DNA from: an uncultured delta proteobacterium
GTDB lineage: Bacteria; Desulfobacterota; Desulfobacteria; Desulfobacterales; UBA2156
Length of the DNA: 64,000 bases
Direction of reading: 5' to 3'
NCBI GenBank assembly: GCA_963736855.1
Contig: CAVTQK010000017.1
Coordinates: 96,001 to 160,000 of the forward strand
The translations under genes were made by a program, and so were the position numbers. This document shows, one piece after another, positions 63,110 through 64,000 of the stretch (position 1 is the stretch's first letter; every line of letters starts with the position of its first letter). A model generated the notes under the pieces. The model saw only the letters and a program-made list of their open reading frames with translations, was not told the DNA's origin and ran no database searches.

Positions 63110-63712
63110 TCAGGGCTTGTCAAGATAAATGGCGTCATGTTCGATTTCATCGAAGGGTTTGCGCCAGAAGCGATAGTAGTCCAGTACGGACTCCAGTCCG
63201 GGGACAGGCGTCTCCTTTAGGATTTCATGCGTTATTTTATGAACCCGCTGCTCTTCTGCGAGCTTTTCCTCTTCAGTGGCCACGAAATTCTGCAAAAACC
63301 GGGTGAAGCGGACGATGTGAATCAGCTCATGGGTGACAATATACAGGATAAAGGGGAAAAGGGAGATGTCGACAGAGCCTTTAAGGACCGAAAGGATACG
63401 GTGATCCTGAAGGCAGATGTTATAAAGATCGACAGTTTTGGATCCCAGGGGTGGATCCCCCCGGTGACCCCGGTAATGGATGATCTGGGCAAACGGCCCG
63501 TGGACGATTTCCTCGGGGGAAAGGTCGGCCAGAGTCTTCAGGTCATACCGGCGGTTCAGCCACTGGTTCGCCGACAGCTTGAAGTGGTTAGCGACAAGCT
63601 CTTCGGCCAACGCCGCCGCGTTTTTGACGATATCCCTCTGCGGCGGATCGAATTGAGTCAGGGTATCTTCCCGGGTATCGGGCGGTGCCGTGTTCATGTT
63701 GTCACGAGACAC
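63110..63712 (-). CDS. Hypothetical protein with HExxH (zincin-like) motif
   Basis: YIVTHELIHIVRF followed by a downstream EE; 200-aa ORF. Confidence 0.65.
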   Translation of the reverse strand: MSRDNMNTAPPDTREDTLTQFDPPQRDIVKNAAALAEELVANHFKLSANQWLNRRYDLKTLADLSPEEIVHGPFAQIIHYRGHRGDPPLGSKTVDLYNICLQDHRILSVLKGSVDISLFPFILYIVTHELIHIVRFTRFLQNFVATEEEKLAEEQRVHKITHEILKETPVPGLESVLDYYRFWRKPFDEIEHDAIYLDKP

Positions 63713-63894
63713 GATATCGTGCTTTTATTTGAGATATCAAAAAATCTGTGGACAAACCGCCGAAAAGGCTTTAAATAAATATTTTTAACGAAACCGGCTG
63801 CAATCCATATGCTCAGGATCGGGGCATTGAGTGAAATCCGGTTTGAAACCCTTAAAAGATGGGTGAGAAATTCGTAAGGACTGGAGGTGAGGGA

Positions 63895-63993
63895 TTGGGC
63901 AGCGTTATCAAAAAGAGACGGAAGAAGATGAGAAAGCACAAGCATCGAAAGCTTCTCGCCCGTACACGGCATCAGCGAAGAAAGATCAAATAG
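63895..63993 (+). CDS. bS22 / AURKAIP1-COX24 (mS38-like) small basic ribosomal protein
   Basis: TTG start after a GGAGGTGA RBS; MGSVIKKRRKKMRKHKHRKLLARTRHQRRKIK*; below the ORF-track length cut-off. Confidence 0.92.
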   Translation: MGSVIKKRRKKMRKHKHRKLLARTRHQRRKIK

Positions 63994-64000
63994 TTTACAA

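Noticed and set aside
63694..63972. 92-aa minus-strand ORF
   Set aside because: It overlaps the much better supported plus-strand bS22 gene and its RBS.

Overview
Bacterial chromosomal window, most likely from a sulfate-reducer-like Desulfobacterota (deltaproteobacterial) organism. This is inferred from the C-x5-H-x15-C-x2-C adenylate kinase lid, the BirA operator form and the gene order; no database search was possible. Bases 1-5270 are the AT-rich right end of a decayed island integrated at tRNA-Glu. It holds the 5' end of a type I R-M hsdM, a shattered UDG-like gene, a Cdd1-DUF6508-hypothetical run, a nuclease-like pseudogene, an intact RelE/HTH toxin-antitoxin pair and a dead tyrosine integrase. 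Core genes follow: tRNA-Glu/Lys, a BirA-regulated biotin ECF operon, prkA-yeaH-spoVR-prkA2, mpl, a sirtuin, hemL, a degenerate KptA-like gene, an atypical Ser/Thr kinase / double-FHA / hybrid His-kinase locus, tRNA-Arg, folC, rpsU, adk, a probable CC-adding enzyme, coaE-rho-rpmE-prfA-prmC, rpsB-tsf-pyrH-frr-uppS-cdsA-dxr-rseP-purL-purQ, a PilB/GspE ATPase, a sigma54-type minor pilin operon with a large frameshifted PilY1, groES/groEL, and a 32-aa bS22-like gene absent from the ORF track. The best candidates for under-described biology are the kinase/FHA/His-kinase locus, the two-ATPase PrkA module, the degenerate KptA, the UDG-like island gene and the tandem 126-bp palindromic elements. Several single-base frameshifts may be assembly errors.
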